From Paragordius varius (taxonomy: Eukaryota > Animalia > Nematomorpha), in assembly GCA_964247055.1 (NCBI GenBank), contig OZ176054.1:2356001-2420000 (forward strand): DNA of 64,000 nucleotides. The letters run 5' to 3'. Within the stretch, counting starts at the first letter, position 1, and each line of letters opens with the position of its first letter. A model generated the notes under the pieces. That model had not been told where the DNA came from. It made no database searches and saw nothing but the letters and a program-made list of their open reading frames with translations. A program made the position numbers and the translations under genes. This document shows positions 62,980 to 64,000 of the stretch, one piece after another.

Positions 62980-64000
62980 CATAGTGTATAGGGTGCGAAG
63001 CTGGTATTTGAAAATAGGGCTTAACAAAATTGGACTTCTATGGTGGCGAATTTTTTAGGACAAGGGCTTAATAGGCGGGTTATTTGATAAAATCGCTCTA
63101 CTTAAATTATTGCTCCTTAGGGGTAATATTTCAGGGCCTATTAAACTTATATGGCCTGATATGTTTTCTAAAATTTGACTCCAAAGTCACGCTGTATCGA
63201 TATGATGGCATAGTTGTAGACGAGTAGTCCCCTACCCAGGGCCAATATAAAAATGTAGTTCGATAAAAAAATTGCCTTTATACGGGATTTCTTGGAATCA
63301 TCATTCATTCCATATGTTCTTAATAGTTTTTGGAAGAAGGGCTCAAAACTAAATATTAGTTCAATGATAGCGCATTTTTTAGGGCGTAAAGGGCCTATTT
63401 AACCCCTAATTAAAAAAAACCGCTCGACTAAATTTTTGCCTTTTTACGGGTATTATTTCAGGCCCTTTATTAACCTTATATGGCCTGATAAGTTTTTTGA
63501 AAATTAACTCCTAAATAACGCATTTTCGATATGGTGGGGCAGTTTTAGGCGGGCAGCTTCCCTACCCAGAGGCTGATACAAAAAAAGCGCTTTATTAAAA
63601 TTTTCTTTTTACGGAGAATGCCTGGAATCATCATTCATTCCATATGCTCTCATTAGTTTTTGGAAAAATTGCCTAAAAACTAAAAAATCATTCTATGATG
63701 GCGCATAAATAACGGCTAATTTTAAAAACCGTACGACCTAATTTTTGCCTTATTACGGGTAATATTTTAAGCAGCTATTAAACTCATAAGGCCTGATAGA
63801 TTTTCTGAAATTTAGCCTCAAAGGCACGCTATTTCAATATGTCGGGTCAGTTTTTAGCGGGTATCTCCTTACCCGGCAGCCAATATAAAAACAATCGAGT
63901 AAAATTTTGTCACGGAGAATACCTGGAATTCTTATTAAATTTTTACGGTCTCATACCTTTGGCGAAAAATCTATTCAAAAAATTGTTTTTGTGGACTTTG
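62980..64000 (+). repeat. Second copy of the ~160-bp A/B tandem array, running off the window end
   Basis: Same monomers in the same B-A-B-A-B-A order as 33905-34708. They are followed by the same 3' flank (CCTGGAAT.CTTATTAAATTTT.ACGG...AAAAAATT.TTTTTG). Confidence 0.9.

Overview
This is a very AT-rich eukaryotic window, almost certainly from an invertebrate animal; the species cannot be identified from the sequence. By manual splice reconstruction I find 10 protein-coding loci. They are the 3' part of an orphan gene, an intronless atypical bHLH gene, an orphan 4-exon gene, a secreted/membrane UPF0764 (C16orf89)-like gene, SNRNP40, GAR1, a Popeye-domain (BVES/POPDC) gene, an orphan class A GPCR, MRPL10 and eIF2A. 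Transposon debris includes a mariner relic, a SPIN/Charlie-like hAT, hAT MITEs, foldback MITEs, a tRNA-derived SINE, a TE-borne ~160-bp tandem array and a hammerhead-ribozyme-like motif. The standout observation is a class of ultra-short GT-AG introns (21-31 nt): 10 of the 40 introns I reconstructed, in five genes. All start within ~500 nt of the start codon, and each is needed to keep a long reading frame (four of the five proteins are clearly conserved). They coexist with multi-kb introns and with an apparent U12-type AT-AC intron in eIF2A. Two divergent gene pairs have only 36 and 61 bp between their ATGs. All gene models are manual and untested by RNA data.
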